Shown here in pieces: positions 11,751-23,630 of a stretch of DNA of 64,000 bases. The stretch is from a cyanobacterium endosymbiont of Rhopalodia gibba (GTDB taxonomy: Bacteria; Cyanobacteriota; Cyanobacteriia; Cyanobacteriales; Microcystaceae). The notes beneath the pieces were generated by a model that was not told the origin of the DNA, did not search any database, and was given only the letters and a program-made list of their open reading frames with translations. The number at the start of each line of letters is the position of its first letter. Within the stretch, counting starts at the first letter, position 1. The stretch lies in NCBI GenBank assembly GCA_045159875.1, contig CP067995.1, positions 2,208,001-2,272,000 on the forward strand, read 5' to 3'. Made by a program: the position numbers and the translations under genes.

Positions 11751-12101
11751 ATGCGTCATCAATGTCGCGTTCCCCAACTAGGCAAGCCAGCAGACCAACG
11801 GAAAGCTTTGTTAAGGTCACTCACAACAGAGTTGATCCGTCACGGTCAAATCACAACTACTAAAACTCGAGCTAAAGCAGTGCGCTCTGAAGCAGACAAA
11901 ATGATTACCTTAGCAAAAGACGGCTCTTTAGCAGCTAGACGCAGAGCAATAGGCTATATATATGATAAACAGTTAGTCCATGCCCTATTTGCAGAGGCCA
12001 AAGACCGCTATGGTGCTCGCAATGGTGGTTACACTCGAGTTTCTCGAACTCTGCGCCGTCGTGGAGATAATGCAGAAATGGCTATTATTGAGCTCGTCTA
12101 A
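11751..12101 (+). CDS. rplQ: 50S ribosomal protein L17
   Basis: [24 protein letters not shown]...RNGGYTR...[14 protein letters not shown]. Confidence 0.98.
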   Translation: MRHQCRVPQLGKPADQRKALLRSLTTELIRHGQITTTKTRAKAVRSEADKMITLAKDGSLAARRRAIGYIYDKQLVHALFAEAKDRYGARNGGYTRVSRTLRRRGDNAEMAIIELV

Positions 12102-12128
12102 AGTGTTTTAAAATTTGTTATCGAGTTT

Positions 12129-13028
12129 ATGAACCGAGCCCAACCACTAGAAAAACAACGAGTCGCCCTGGTTATTCAATACCTGGGGAGTTGCTTTCAT
12201 GGTTGGCAATGGCAGCCTAACCAGCGGACAGTTCAAGCAGAGATCGAAACAGCGATTACCCAAGTCCTTGAAACAAAGGTTACCTTGCACGGTGCAGGAC
12301 GAACGGATGCAGGAGTTCACGCAGCCGCTCAGGTGGCTCACTTCGACTATTCTAGTCCCATTCCTGCCACTCGATGGGCAGAGATTCTCAATTCTCGTCT
12401 ACCAGAAGATATTCTCATCCGAGCCTCGGCCCTCGTTACTAAGAACTGGCACGCTCGTTTTTCGGCTCAATGGCGACGCTATCGCTATACTTTCTATACC
12501 GAAAAGCAGCCAAACCTATTTATAAAACCCTTTAGTTGGCACTATTATCATTCGCCCTTGAATGAATCTCTGATGAACACAGCTCTTAAACCCTTGATGG
12601 GAAAACATCATCTAGCGGCCTTTTGTCGTGCAGGGTCCCATCGTGATCATTGTTGGGTTGAGATTCAAGCCGCTCACTGTTACCGACAGGGGCCATTTAT
12701 TCATCTAGAAATTCAAGCCAATGGTTTTTTGTATGGAATGGTGCGCTTATTAGTAGGAATGTTAGTTGAAGTAGGAAGTGGTAAGCGTTCTGCTGATAAC
12801 TTTACCGATATTTGGATGAATCAACGAAGAGAAGAGGTTAAATATTCTGCTCCAGCTAAAGGACTATGCTTGCTAGGAGTAGGTTATCAAGATTTTCCTT
12901 TTCCTTGTAGTGTTTGGTTCGATAACCAACCATTTTTTGTATTTCATCAAAGTTTTGACCCACAGTTTTCTGTGGCTGAGCAACCTATAGACGTGTGCCA
13001 TCAGTTCCTAGAAAACTCAATAAAATAA
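12129..13028 (+). CDS. truA: tRNA pseudouridine(38-40) synthase
   Basis: GAGRTDAGVHA catalytic motif, HARFSA, ANGFLYGMVRLLVG. Confidence 0.97.
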   Translation: MNRAQPLEKQRVALVIQYLGSCFHGWQWQPNQRTVQAEIETAITQVLETKVTLHGAGRTDAGVHAAAQVAHFDYSSPIPATRWAEILNSRLPEDILIRASALVTKNWHARFSAQWRRYRYTFYTEKQPNLFIKPFSWHYYHSPLNESLMNTALKPLMGKHHLAAFCRAGSHRDHCWVEIQAAHCYRQGPFIHLEIQANGFLYGMVRLLVGMLVEVGSGKRSADNFTDIWMNQRREEVKYSAPAKGLCLLGVGYQDFPFPCSVWFDNQPFFVFHQSFDPQFSVAEQPIDVCHQFLENSIK

Positions 13029-13058
13029 ACTTTCTCTTAATTACTCACTGAGTTCTTC

Positions 13059-13517
13059 ATGAATAAAACCCTAACTTCAACCCTAGAAAATATTGAACAT
13101 AAATGGTATGTTGTCGATGCAACTAACCAACGTTTGGGACGTTTCGCTTGTGAGATTGCAAAAGTTTTACGGGGGAAAAATAAACCAACTTTTGCTCCCC
13201 ATATGGATACAGGAGATTTCATTATTGTAGTCAATGCAGAAAAAGTTATGGTAACGGGTAGAAAAAAGACCCAAAAACTCTACCGTCGTCATTCAGGTCG
13301 ACCAGGGGGAATGAAAATAGAGACCTTTGAAAAGCTTCAAGCTCGTATTCCTGAGAGAATAGTTGAAAAAGCTGTCAAGGGAATGCTACCAAAAAATACT
13401 TTAGGTCGTAAGTTATTTACAAAACTTAAAGTGTACACTGGAGCGACCCATCCACATCAAGCACAACATCCTGAACTACTTAATATTAATACTATTCCTA
13501 ATGGAGGAAAAAATTGA
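13059..13517 (+). CDS. rplM: 50S ribosomal protein L13
   Basis: WYVVDA...[26 protein letters not shown]...KGMLPKN. Confidence 0.98.
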   Translation: MNKTLTSTLENIEHKWYVVDATNQRLGRFACEIAKVLRGKNKPTFAPHMDTGDFIIVVNAEKVMVTGRKKTQKLYRRHSGRPGGMKIETFEKLQARIPERIVEKAVKGMLPKNTLGRKLFTKLKVYTGATHPHQAQHPELLNINTIPNGGKN

Positions 13518-13930
13518 TGCAAGCTACTGCGTCTGAAGACAAGGTCGTTTATTGGGGAACTGGACGTCGTAAATCAGCGATCGCAAGAGTTCGCTTAGTG
13601 CCTGGTAGTGGTGAACTTACCATTAATGGAAAACCTGGGAACATTTACTTTAACCGAATTGCTTCCTACATTCAGTCGATCAAAGCTCCGCTGGAAACCT
13701 TGGGGCTAGAGGATGACTATGATATTTTAGTCACTTCTCATGGAGGAGGGTTAACCGGTCAAGCGGATGCCGTCAAACTGGGGGTGGCGAGAGCTTTATG
13801 TGAGTTAGCTCCTGAAAATCGCCAACCCTTGAAAATTGAAGGATATTTAACTCGTGATCCTAGGGCGAAAGAACGGAAGAAATACGGCTTACATAAAGCT
13901 CGTAAAGCCCATCAATACTCAAAACGATAA
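13517..13930 (+). CDS. rpsI: 30S ribosomal protein S9 (TGATG overlap with rplM)
   Basis: [12 protein letters not shown]...[10 protein letters not shown]...[27 protein letters not shown]. Confidence 0.98.
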   Translation: MQATASEDKVVYWGTGRRKSAIARVRLVPGSGELTINGKPGNIYFNRIASYIQSIKAPLETLGLEDDYDILVTSHGGGLTGQADAVKLGVARALCELAPENRQPLKIEGYLTRDPRAKERKKYGLHKARKAHQYSKR

Positions 13931-13980
13931 TTCACGATTGTTATTAACAGTTATTAATCAATCATAGCAGAAGGAGTTTT

Positions 13981-14238
13981 ATGGCTAAACCTGACATTCA
14001 CCCCACTTGGTATCCCGAATCGAAAGTGATTTGTAATGGGGAAGTTGTGATGACTGTGGGATCTACTAAACCCGAAATCAATGTTGAAGTTTGGTCGGGA
14101 AATCACCCTTTTTACACTGGAACTCAGAAGATGATCGATACGGAAGGACGAATTGATCGCTTCCAAAAACGGTATGGAAATATTAGTAAAGGAGGCAATA
14201 AAAAATCTGGAAAAGAATCTGATGCTTCCCCAAAATAG
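13981..14238 (+). CDS. rpmE: 50S ribosomal protein L31
   Basis: [11 protein letters not shown]...[25 protein letters not shown]. Confidence 0.97.
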   Translation: MAKPDIHPTWYPESKVICNGEVVMTVGSTKPEINVEVWSGNHPFYTGTQKMIDTEGRIDRFQKRYGNISKGGNKKSGKESDASPK

Positions 14239-14259
14239 CAACGTGATTGATATTAGTGT

Positions 14260-14280
14260 CCCAGCAGGAATTCTGCTGGG
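14260..14280 (+). terminator. Hairpin after rpmE (end of ribosomal cluster)
   Basis: cccagcag-gaatt-ctgctggg followed by ttcacagtttt. Confidence 0.55.
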
Positions 14281-14359
14281 TTCACAGTTTTCGAGATAAA
14301 GATGAAAAATATGTTGTGCTTGAAATATCAGCCGCAGCAAGTCAATCTTGAGTAAGATA

Positions 14360-14570
14360 TGATTAAAAATCATCAATTTAACTCTTTACGTCTTAAAAGA
14401 ATTTAACGTACTAGTCTATGGGTTATTAACAAATTTAGTTATCTAGAAATTCTCTACCTAAGATTATTAGAAGAAGAGCTCTAGTCTATTTTATTTTTCA
14501 CTTATACTTGATATATACATTTTTAGTCGGTAAATAAACGTCAGTGGATAAATAAACGATTTATCACTAG
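14360..14570 (-). mobile_element. Possible very decayed IS1-family InsB remnant
   Basis: Minus strand reads SNNLR*RISR...RLVR*ILLRRKEL, resembling IS1 InsB NNTLRQRISRLVRKTLSFSKKL. Short match only. Confidence 0.3.
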
Positions 14571-14841
14571 TATTTTTATTCCCCTACAAGGGTGGACCGA
14601 AAATAGTTCCATCTTGAAAAGATAAATTAGCAGCTGCCGCGTACTCTAGTCATATCATAAAAGTTTCACTTCAAACACTGTTAGTTTTTCATGCAAGGGA
14701 GAAACACTAAAAAAGTTTACAATCTTCAGTCTACTAAACAGATATCGTAATTCTTTAGTTGATTCAAACCGAGTCGAAAGTAAATCCCTTGACATAATAT
14801 TGTTACTGTTAAATTAGAAGTATTAAAGTTAAGAGAATCCT

Positions 14842-15954
14842 ATGGCTGAGTCTTATCTATTAGAAAAGTTACAATCTGTTGAACAAACCTATAAAGAGTT
14901 AACCTACCGTCTAGCTGATCCTGACATTGCCACCAACCCTGATGAACTTCAACGAGTAGCTAAGGCACGTTCATCTTTAGAAGAAACTGTTCTTACTTAT
15001 GAGACTTGGAAAGAAACTCAAGAGGAGTTAATAGGGGCTAAACAAATTCTTAAAGATGCTGGAGGTGATCTCGAAATGAGAGAAATGGCCTCCCTAGAGG
15101 TGGAGGAGTTACAAAAAAAGTCAGAAGATTTAGAAAAAAGACTGAAAATCCTGTTACTGCCTCGTGATCCTAATGATGATAAGAATATCATGCTAGAAAT
15201 TCGCGCTGGTACTGGAGGTGATGAAGCCAGTATTTGGGCTGGAAATTTATTACGGATGTATTCACGTTATGCAGAAGGTCAGAAATGGACAGTTAAGCTA
15301 GTGAGTGAGTCCCTAGCGGATATGGGTGGGTTTAAGGAAGCTATTCTTGAAATTCAAGGTGAACAGGTTTATAGCAAACTTAAATTTGAAGCCGGAGTTC
15401 ATCGGGTACAACGCGTTCCTGTGACAGAAGCAGGAGGACGGATTCACACTTCAACCGCAACGGTGGCAATTATGCCAGAAGTGGATGAAGTGGAAGTTAA
15501 TATTGATCCTAAAGATATTGAGATATCGACAGCCCGTTCAGGGGGGGCAGGGGGACAAAATGTCAACAAAGTAGAAACCGCAGTAGACTTGTTTTATAAA
15601 CCGTTGGGTATCCGTATCTTCTGCACTGAAGAGCGTTCCCAGCTACAAAACCGTGAACGGGCAATGCAAATTTTGCGGGCAAAGTTGTACGAAGTAAAGT
15701 TGCGGGAACAACAAAACGCGGTTAGTTCGATGCGTAAGTCTCAGGTAGGAACAGGGGCACGTTCTGAAAAAATTCGTACTTATAACTATAAAGACAATCG
15801 AATAACGGATCATCGTTTAGGTCAAAATTTTGCTCTTGGAGGAGTTTTAGAAGGAGATATTGAAGATATAATCCAAATTTGTATTAGTCAGGATCAACAG
15901 GAACGTTTAGAAGAATTAGCAGCTTCTCCAGAAATAGCTGAGGCAATCAATTAA
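14842..15954 (+). CDS. prfA: Peptide chain release factor 1
   Basis: [14 protein letters not shown] anticodon motif (VQRVPVTE), GGQ motif ([11 protein letters not shown]). Confidence 0.97.
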   Translation: MAESYLLEKLQSVEQTYKELTYRLADPDIATNPDELQRVAKARSSLEETVLTYETWKETQEELIGAKQILKDAGGDLEMREMASLEVEELQKKSEDLEKRLKILLLPRDPNDDKNIMLEIRAGTGGDEASIWAGNLLRMYSRYAEGQKWTVKLVSESLADMGGFKEAILEIQGEQVYSKLKFEAGVHRVQRVPVTEAGGRIHTSTATVAIMPEVDEVEVNIDPKDIEISTARSGGAGGQNVNKVETAVDLFYKPLGIRIFCTEERSQLQNRERAMQILRAKLYEVKLREQQNAVSSMRKSQVGTGARSEKIRTYNYKDNRITDHRLGQNFALGGVLEGDIEDIIQICISQDQQERLEELAASPEIAEAIN

Positions 15955-15969
15955 TCAGGTTTATTTGAT

Positions 15970-16185
15970 CCTTATGCTGGAGTTTAGTATTAATTAGAAG
16001 ACTATCAATCTCACTGTAAATTTTCGACAGTAACTTTGCTGCAATTTTATGTAATCAGGAGAAATTAGACCAAAATCCTTACCTTGCTTTTGTAGTTGAG
16101 AATCTTAGTGAAACGATATAAAAGTAATGTTGCTTTTATTATCAAAGACTCTAATGGAAATGTGGCGGGAATCAGTCAATTCTAA
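15970..16185 (+). pseudogene. VOC/glyoxalase-family pseudogene fragment
   Basis: Hand translation across frameshifts: PYAGV*Y*LEDYQSH / DSNFAAILCNQEKLDQNPYLAFVVENL / AFIIKDSNGNVAGISQF*. This matches the cyanobacterial VOC pattern YPGxWYQxGDYQIHL...GRNPHxAF...DPDGNxIELSQ. Confidence 0.7.
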
Positions 16186-16741
16186 GAGACTATTAGAAAC
16201 GTCAACAATAGAATCTGAAAGGAATAATAATATTTATTTTTAATTTTTTTAAGTCGCCATATTTTACAGATAATGATTAAGAAAAAAAATAGTACTTTAA
16301 TACAGAATTAAATATGTACTATCACAATAAAAAAATTTACTTAAATATCCTATTAGGTTTTTATAAATAAAATTATTTAAAATTAGCTAAAGCTTTGCAG
16401 TATCTCATATTATTTTTTTTAAAAAACATTGTTTATCCATAAAAACACTCTATTTTTTGCAAGAAAAAAATACTAAAAATTATATATATTTCAGTCCAAT
16501 AAAGTTAATGAATAAAAAGTATATGGGAGTTATTTACTCTGGGTTTCTAATTAATCATGATATTCAAATTACCCATATCTGAATCTAAGTAATATTTAAA
16601 AAATACACATAAATTGTGTTACGGTTATTGTGAATGGTTGACCACAATTAATACTGTTAATTAGTATTATATTAACCCCTAAAAAAGGGTCAACCTAAAA
16701 ATATCAAGTCTAAAACTTGGTAACATATTTGAAATGAAATC

Positions 16742-17071
16742 TTAGCTAGGAACAATTAACTTAATGTTAGCATTTCGTACAAATTGCTGTTTAACGCCGA
16801 CGATAGTTTTGTTGACAGCATACTTTTGGTCGATAGGACTGATGAATTCGGTTTGGTTTTACTTCTTAGTAATACCCTATAGGTCAGTAATTAAGTCGAA
16901 AGTGCTATCGCTGTTACGAGACTAGCCGCGATCATATTCGCCCTCGAGAATAGCTATGATGTTACAACGGACATCAGCTTCAGCCTTAACAGAAATACCA
17001 AAATCGCTTAAAGAAACTTTTAAAATGGCAGCATCTGTGATTTTAGTGCGCAGAGTGCTAAAGTGAGATAT
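16742..17071 (-). pseudogene. ycf35: Ycf35/DUF1257-family pseudogene
   Basis: (ATA)SHFSTLRTKITDAAILKVSLSDFGISVKAEADVR..IAILEGEYDRG*SRNSDSTFDLITDL*GITKK*NQTEFISPIDQKYAVNKTI. Start codon lost, three internal stops, short internal deletion. Confidence 0.88.
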
Positions 17072-17593
17072 TTTAGATTTCCTTCAGCAGAATAGAAGAT
17101 AACAATAATTTATAGAAGAATAAGGTAGGCTAATAGCCAGGATACTCTACAGATTTGGTTGAATTTTCAAAAAGCAACTATAAAAAATACTTTTTATGTG
17201 GAAAAAATAAAGATGTTAGTAGTTTTATAAAACTATTAACATCGCTAAAAATTTACATATTTCTATTTTTTTTCATGAAGAACACGTGATTCTTAGTTTA
17301 TTTTAAAAGTTCTATTTTTGATTGATTCAAGAAAGTGTTTGGACAGGCATTGATATTATTTTTTGTAAAAAAAAGCTACCAAGAGAATAAAAAAGTATAG
17401 AATCTATCATAAATTTATAAATCACTAAAATTAGATCAATTATGGTCACTTATGGATTAAATTTTAAAAAGTAAAATTATTAGATTTAACTAAAAAAACA
17501 GACATTGCCACAAACTTTATATTTCTTTTACAAAAGACAGTTATTACTGTTTTAGATTAAACTAAGTCAAATTGCATATCTACGATTCTGTAA

Positions 17594-18544
17594 ATGACAC
17601 GTCATTATTATGATACTAACTCTCACCATGAACATTCTACTACAGGTCATGGACATGATCATAATTCTACTAGTTACAATCGTGCCTTTGTTCTTGGGTT
17701 ACTACTTAATGTAAGTTTTGTATTAATTGAGTTTATAGAAGGTTTTTTAGCCAACTCAGTTGCCTTAACGGCGGATGCAGGACATAATTTAAGTGATGTT
17801 TTAGGGCTAATTTTAGCATGGACAGCTAGTTTGGTTGCCCGTCGCCAACCATCAAGTCGAAAGACTTATGGTTGGCGAAAATCATCAATTTTAGCTGCAT
17901 TTTTGAATGCAGTATCTTTATTACTAGTAACAGGGGGAATAGCTTGGGAGGCACTTGAGCGATTATTCTATCCTAAGGATGTGCAAAGTCATACGATTAT
18001 TTGGATAGCAGCGATAGGTATTATTATTAATACTGGTACTGCCTTAATGTTTCTCCCAGGTCGTCGAAATGATATCAACATTAAGGCTGCATTCTTCCAT
18101 ATGATAGCCGATGCCATAGTGTCGGTTGGGGTTGTTTTGGCAGGAATTGGAATTTTCCTAACCCATTGGTTTTGGCTAGATTCAGTCTTTAGCTTAATTA
18201 TTAGTATATTGATTATTGTCAACACCTGGGAACTGTTAAAAGAGTCCTTTCACTTAGTAGTTGATGGAGTTCCTCCCAAAATTGATGAGCGTGCTGTTTA
18301 CACTTATTTGTCTGAATTTCCCGGGGTCACTCAAATTCATGACTTACATATTTGGGGAATTAGTACTACAGAAACTGCCTTGACAGCACATTTAATTATT
18401 CCTCAAGGTCATCCAGGTGACAAATTTTTATCCCAAATTTGTCAGGAGTTACATAATAACTTTGGCATCGATCACTCAACACTACAAGTTGAATTAGGCG
18501 ATTCACAATATCCTTGTATATTAGAACCAACGGAGAGAGTTTAA
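17594..18544 (+). CDS. Cation diffusion facilitator (CzcD/ZitB-type Zn/Co exporter)
   Basis: His-rich N-terminus, ADAGHNLSD (TM2), HMIADA (TM5), IHDLHIW. Confidence 0.93.
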   Translation: MTRHYYDTNSHHEHSTTGHGHDHNSTSYNRAFVLGLLLNVSFVLIEFIEGFLANSVALTADAGHNLSDVLGLILAWTASLVARRQPSSRKTYGWRKSSILAAFLNAVSLLLVTGGIAWEALERLFYPKDVQSHTIIWIAAIGIIINTGTALMFLPGRRNDINIKAAFFHMIADAIVSVGVVLAGIGIFLTHWFWLDSVFSLIISILIIVNTWELLKESFHLVVDGVPPKIDERAVYTYLSEFPGVTQIHDLHIWGISTTETALTAHLIIPQGHPGDKFLSQICQELHNNFGIDHSTLQVELGDSQYPCILEPTERV

Positions 18545-18616
18545 TAGAAAATAATCAAGATTTTCGATTGATAAACAATAAATTTAAAAACTATTTTAAT
18601 TTTTAAGGGGAATTAT

Positions 18617-21313
18617 ATGTCTTTTGTTGGTTTACATATTCACAGTGAATATAGTCTACTTGATGGAGCGTCTCAACTCAAGGCTTTAGTTAATCGTGCT
18701 TTGGAATTAGAAATGCCAGCGATTGCTCTAACTGATCATGGAGTAATGTATGGCGTGATCGAATTTATGAAAGTTTGCCGTAATAAAGGAATTAAAGCAA
18801 TTATCGGCAATGAAATGTATGTTATTAATGAAGATATTGAAGTTAATAAACGTCATAAAAGATATCATCAAGTTGTCTTAGCCAAAAATACCCAAGGCTA
18901 TAGAAATTTAGTCAAGTTGACAACTATATCTCACCTCAAAGGTATTCAGGGAAAGGGAATTTTTTCTCGTCCTTGTATTAATAAAGAATTATTAGAGCAA
19001 CATCATGAGGGGTTAATTGTTACTAGTGCTTGTATAGGAGGGGAAATTCCCCAAAAAATTTTAGCAGGAGATTTGAAAGAGGCTAAACGTATCGCCAAAT
19101 GGTATCAAAAGTTGTTTAAAGATGACTTTTACTTAGAAATCCAAGATCATGGTTCGCAAGAAGATCGAATTGTTAATCGAGAGATTGTCAAAATTGCTGA
19201 TAAATTAGACATTAGAATTATTGCAACTAATGACTCTCATTTCATCTCTTGCTATGACGTCGAAGCTCATGATGCTTTACTTTGTATTAAAACACAGAAA
19301 TTAATTACAGAAGATAAACGACTTAGATATAGTGGGACTGAATATCTAAAATCTGCAGAAGAAATGAGGTTATTATTCCGAGATCATCTTCCTGATAGTG
19401 TAATTGAAGACGCAATAAATAATACTTTAGAAGTTGCCAATAAAATTGAACATTATAAAGATATTTTTGGAGAACCTCGCATTCCTAATTATCCCGTTCC
19501 TTCAGGACATAATCCTGATAGTTATATTGAAGAAATAAGTTGGGAAGGTTTGATAGAAAGGCTAAAATGTCATTCTCGTAAAGAAATCCCAGATAACTAT
19601 AAGGAAAGATTAGAATATGAACTAAAGATGTTGCAAAGAATGGGGTTTTCAACTTATTTTTTAGTAGTTTGGGATTATATTAAATATGCAAGAGATCACA
19701 AAATTCCTGTGGGACCTGGAAGAGGATCGGCTGCAGGTTCTTTAGTTGCTTATTCTTTGAAAATAACTAATATAGATCCAGTTCATCACGGACTTTTATT
19801 TGAAAGATTTTTAAATCCTGAACGGAAATCTATGCCTGATGTTGATACAGATTTTTGTATTGAAAGACGAGATGAAATGATTAAATATGTCACCGAAAAA
19901 TATGGAGAAGCTAATGTTGCTCAAATTATTACTTTTAACCGCATGACTTCTAAAGCTGTTTTAAAAGATGTGGCTAGAGTGTTAAATGTTCCCTATGCAG
20001 ACTCCGATAAAATGGCGAAAATGATTCCAGTCTCACGTGGAAAACCCACTGAATTAAAAGTAATGATTTCTGATGAGACACCAGAGCCAAAATTCAAAGA
20101 AGCTTATGATAATCAAGAAGTAGATATTAAAGATGATAAAGGAAATGTGATTGGTCAAATCCCTGTGCGTAATTGGGTGGAGATGGCAATTCGCATTGAA
20201 GGAACTAATAAGACCTTTGGAGTCCATGCTGCAGGTGTAGTTATTTCTTCTGAACCTTTAGACGAAGTTGTCCCTCTTCAAAGAAATAATGAAGGAGCAG
20301 TTATTACTCAGTATTTTATGGAAGATTTAGAGTCCCTAGGGTTGTTAAAAATGGACTTTTTGGGGTTAAAAAATTTAACAACTATTCAGAAAACAGCAGA
20401 TTTAATTAAGCGAAATAGAAATCTAGATTTAGATTTAGATCAACTACCTTTAGAAGAAAGAAAAGCCTTACAAATCCTTGACAAAGGAACTGCTAAAAAA
20501 CTTCCAGATGATATAGACAAAACCTATAAACTTTTAGCAAGAGGAGACTTAGAAGGAATTTTTCAGTTAGAATCATCAGGAATGAAGCAGATCGTTAGAG
20601 ATCTAAAACCATCAGGAATTGAAGATATTTCTTCTATTTTAGCTCTTTATCGCCCTGGTCCTTTAGATGCTGGACTTATTCCTAAATTTATTGATCGTAA
20701 ACATGGAAAAGAAGCGATTCAATATGAACATTCTTTATTAGAACCCATTCTTGAAGAAACCTATGCTGTCTTAGTTTATCAAGAACAAATCATGAAGATG
20801 GCACAAGATTTAGCGGGTTATTCTTTAGGAGAAGCAGATTTATTACGTCGCGCAATGGGAAAAAAGAAAATCTCAGAAATGAAAAAGCATCGAGAAATTT
20901 TTATTGATGGCTCGACTAAAAATGGAGTTCCTAGGAATGTTGCAGAAAATTTATACGAACAAATGGTTAAGTTTGCGGAATATTGCTTGAGTTATGATAC
21001 AGAAGTATTGACCGTCGAATATGGAGCGATTCCTATCGGAAGAGTGGTAGAAGAAAGTCTTGACTGTACTATTTATACAGTAGACAAAAATGGCTTTGTT
21101 TATACTCAACCCATTCAACAATGGCATTCACGAGGTCAACAAGAAATATTTGAATATTGTCTTGAAGACAGTTCCATCATTCGAGCAACAAAAGACCATA
21201 AATTTCTGACTGCCGAAGGGGAAATGTTCCCTATTCATGAGATCTTCGAACAAGGATTAGAGTTAAAGAGAATTCTCCCCCTGTCCGATGATAACAAAAC
21301 ATACCTAAATTGA
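18617..21313 (+). CDS. dnaE: DNA polymerase III alpha, N-terminal part, fused to the N half of the split DnaE intein
   Basis: PHP domain ([16 protein letters not shown]), [10 protein letters not shown], catalytic PDVDTDF; ends [19 protein letters not shown]... Confidence 0.97.
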   Translation: MSFVGLHIHSEYSLLDGASQLKALVNRALELEMPAIALTDHGVMYGVIEFMKVCRNKGIKAIIGNEMYVINEDIEVNKRHKRYHQVVLAKNTQGYRNLVKLTTISHLKGIQGKGIFSRPCINKELLEQHHEGLIVTSACIGGEIPQKILAGDLKEAKRIAKWYQKLFKDDFYLEIQDHGSQEDRIVNREIVKIADKLDIRIIATNDSHFISCYDVEAHDALLCIKTQKLITEDKRLRYSGTEYLKSAEEMRLLFRDHLPDSVIEDAINNTLEVANKIEHYKDIFGEPRIPNYPVPSGHNPDSYIEEISWEGLIERLKCHSRKEIPDNYKERLEYELKMLQRMGFSTYFLVVWDYIKYARDHKIPVGPGRGSAAGSLVAYSLKITNIDPVHHGLLFERFLNPERKSMPDVDTDFCIERRDEMIKYVTEKYGEANVAQIITFNRMTSKAVLKDVARVLNVPYADSDKMAKMIPVSRGKPTELKVMISDETPEPKFKEAYDNQEVDIKDDKGNVIGQIPVRNWVEMAIRIEGTNKTFGVHAAGVVISSEPLDEVVPLQRNNEGAVITQYFMEDLESLGLLKMDFLGLKNLTTIQKTADLIKRNRNLDLDLDQLPLEERKALQILDKGTAKKLPDDIDKTYKLLARGDLEGIFQLESSGMKQIVRDLKPSGIEDISSILALYRPGPLDAGLIPKFIDRKHGKEAIQYEHSLLEPILEETYAVLVYQEQIMKMAQDLAGYSLGEADLLRRAMGKKKISEMKKHREIFIDGSTKNGVPRNVAENLYEQMVKFAEYCLSYDTEVLTVEYGAIPIGRVVEESLDCTIYTVDKNGFVYTQPIQQWHSRGQQEIFEYCLEDSSIIRATKDHKFLTAEGEMFPIHEIFEQGLELKRILPLSDDNKTYLN
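20984..21313 (+). other. Split DnaE intein N-fragment (109 aa)
   Basis: Begins [19 protein letters not shown], contains the block B motif IRATKDHKF, and has no C-terminal SN/C junction; typical cyanobacterial DnaE-n intein. Confidence 0.95.
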
Positions 21314-21481
21314 AAATAATAATGAAGAGTTTTCGGGCTCTTCTAAACCGAGCAGCAAAGACTGACTATATTCGGTAAAACCTATAAGGCAAAACCGTCA
21401 GCTTTTGTTTATTATGACCTTGTCGCGGTCGATCTTAGGAGAGTCAGTTATCTAGACTCAATTATGATGCTTGGTCGCAGA

Positions 21482-22318
21482 TTACAAGGTACTTGAATCT
21501 AAACTTTGTGCGGCTTCAGGCGTTAAGGGTAAATGCAACCCGCACTCCTGCTTCAGCCCGTGGAAACGACTATCTCGTTCGCTTTCATCTCCTGCTATCA
21601 TAGGACGACTTGAATGCCAATCTCCGACTGACACATATCCTTTCTCAAAATAGGGATGATAGGGTAAATTGTGGACTGTCAAATACTGATAAATATCACG
21701 GGAATCCCAATGCAAAATCGGGTGAACCTTATAATAGTTTCCTTGTTGTTCTACCCGTTCTAAAGATTTCCGATGACTCGTTTGAGTCCGACGTAACCCG
21801 GCTAACCAAGCTGTGGCATTTAACTCAAGCAAAGCCCTTTGCATTGGCTCTACCTTGCGGATATTATCATACAGGTTAAGAGATTCCAAATCCTTTTTGT
21901 CCCACAGTTTCCCATAAAGAGCCTCCATACGGCCTGGGGTAAGAGGAGATTGATATATCCTCAAATTAAGGTTTAACTGTCTGCTTAACTTTTCAGCAAA
22001 ACAATAAGTTTCCGCCGGAAGATACCCAGTGTCAACCCAAATTACCGGGATATGAGAGACAACTTGAGTTACTAAATGAAGCATAACTGCCGCTTGGATA
22101 CCAAAGCTGGTACTCATCACCAATCCATCCCCGAATGTATTGGCAGACCACTCAACTACATTTTGGGCACTCCTATTGGATAGGAGTTGATTGGTTGCTT
22201 GTAAATCAAGACTAGGTTTAAGAATTTTGGGAGTGTGATGTGGTTGAGAACCATGAACAGAGATAGCTTGAGTACCATTTACTTGCATTTGGGAGTTGAG
22301 CAGATCAATATGGGGCAT
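21482..22318 (-). CDS. cysH: Phosphoadenosine phosphosulfate (PAPS) reductase
   Basis: [30 protein letters not shown]-terminal ECGLH. Confidence 0.95.
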   Translation of the reverse strand: MPHIDLLNSQMQVNGTQAISVHGSQPHHTPKILKPSLDLQATNQLLSNRSAQNVVEWSANTFGDGLVMSTSFGIQAAVMLHLVTQVVSHIPVIWVDTGYLPAETYCFAEKLSRQLNLNLRIYQSPLTPGRMEALYGKLWDKKDLESLNLYDNIRKVEPMQRALLELNATAWLAGLRRTQTSHRKSLERVEQQGNYYKVHPILHWDSRDIYQYLTVHNLPYHPYFEKGYVSVGDWHSSRPMIAGDESERDSRFHGLKQECGLHLPLTPEAAQSLDSSTL

Positions 22319-22654
22319 TTGGTAACTGTTTCCCTGGTGTTCAACAATCTTGACGTTAAGTAATGGTATCCATCAAAGTTGAACGATCCCATCTACGCCC
22401 TCACAGTCAATTGCCAACGCAATTCAATTGTTAAGAGGATTCAGTGATTTGATATTTAGATTTTGTATCCTTCTCAAAGGAAGAGTATTCTTCTCAAAGT
22501 TTGATTTGAACAAAAGTTTAGGACAGTTTATGATCTCATTGTATCGTAGTTCCTAAAAGGACAACTCCTATAACTAATTTATTAGCTTTTTTTAAGATTG
22601 AGCTTTACCAAAATACTTAATCGATAGACCCAAGAGTCATTGAGCGATATGATT

Positions 22655-22863
22655 ATCTAGAAACTGTAACTGATGTGACTTAAGTTGACAAACCGACTTA
22701 AATCGATCATGTTGCAGACAACACTGTGCTGTCAGACAGCTAGTGGAAGTTAAACAAATACTTGTAGAGGGGAATTTGGAGCGAGTTTAGAAACCTTGCT
22801 TTCTAAACAAGACAAACCCAATGAAGCAAGAATCCTGCACGGTTCTACCGGTGGGAGTATCAA
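22655..22863 (+). mobile_element. IS200/IS605 (TnpB) 3' relic: decayed Zn-ribbon/RuvC-III tail, omegaRNA-scaffold region and right end
   Basis: Ends ...ccaatgaagcaagaatcctgcacggttctaccggtgggagtatcaa, the typical GAAGCAAGAATCC-hairpin-GGGAG...TCAA right-end pattern. Upstream aactgtaactgatgt...aatcgatcatgttgca resembles a degraded CxxC...DRDxxAA. Confidence 0.65.
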
Positions 22864-22907
22864 TCAAACATAAACTCTAGGTTCAATTCAACAGTAACAA
22901 TAGAGGG

Positions 22908-23630
22908 ATGACTTACCACCGAGTATTAGTTAAACTAAGCGGCGAGGCCTTGATGGGCAACCTAGGCTATGGCATTGACCCTAAAGTGGTAGCCGAAATT
23001 GCTCAGGAAATTTCAGATGTCATTGAACATGGCACCCAATTGGCTATCGTTGTTGGGGGAGGGAACATCTTTCGTGGAGTCAAAGCGGCTTCAGCCGGTA
23101 TGGATCGAGCGACAGCTGACTACATTGGTATGATTGCTACAGTTATGAATGCTATGACGTTGCAAGATGCCCTCGAACAGATGGGAATCCCTACACGAGT
23201 CCTGACAGCAATCGCTATGCAGGAAGTAGCCGAACTCTATATCCGTCGTCGTGCCATTCGCCATCTTGAAAAGGGGCGCGTAGTCATTTTTGGAGCTGGC
23301 TCAGGAAATCCCTTTTTTACCACTGACACCACGGCCGCGCTCCGGGCTGCTGAAATTGATGCAGAGGTGGTTTTCAAGGCAACAAAAGTCGATGGGATTT
23401 ACGATAGTGATCCCACTATTAATCCGAAAGCTCGTCGTTATCAAAGTCTGACCTACGGTCATGTATTAGCTAATGATCTGCGGGTAATGGATGGAACGGC
23501 GATCGCCCTTTGTAAAGAAAATAATATCCCAATCGTTGTCTTTGATCTCTCGGTTCGAAGCAACATCCTTCGAGCTATCAAAGGAGAAGCGGTTGGAACA
23601 CTTGTGGGAGGTTTCTGTGAAGTTAGCTGA
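22908..23630 (+). CDS. pyrH: Uridylate kinase
   Basis: [33 protein letters not shown]. Confidence 0.97.
   Translation: MTYHRVLVKLSGEALMGNLGYGIDPKVVAEIAQEISDVIEHGTQLAIVVGGGNIFRGVKAASAGMDRATADYIGMIATVMNAMTLQDALEQMGIPTRVLTAIAMQEVAELYIRRRAIRHLEKGRVVIFGAGSGNPFFTTDTTAALRAAEIDAEVVFKATKVDGIYDSDPTINPKARRYQSLTYGHVLANDLRVMDGTAIALCKENNIPIVVFDLSVRSNILRAIKGEAVGTLVGGFCEVS

Noticed and set aside
521..14376. Many alternative-frame and antisense ORFs over the ribosomal cluster (e.g. 521-907, 3210-3737, 5002-5616, 7178-7699, 10037-10474, 13954-14376)
   Set aside because: They are shadows of highly conserved genes with no recognisable motifs.
20105..20175. Short apparent insertion in DnaE ([18 protein letters not shown])
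   Set aside because: It is in frame, has no intein or endonuclease motifs, and is probably a lineage-specific surface loop; this cannot be judged without an alignment.
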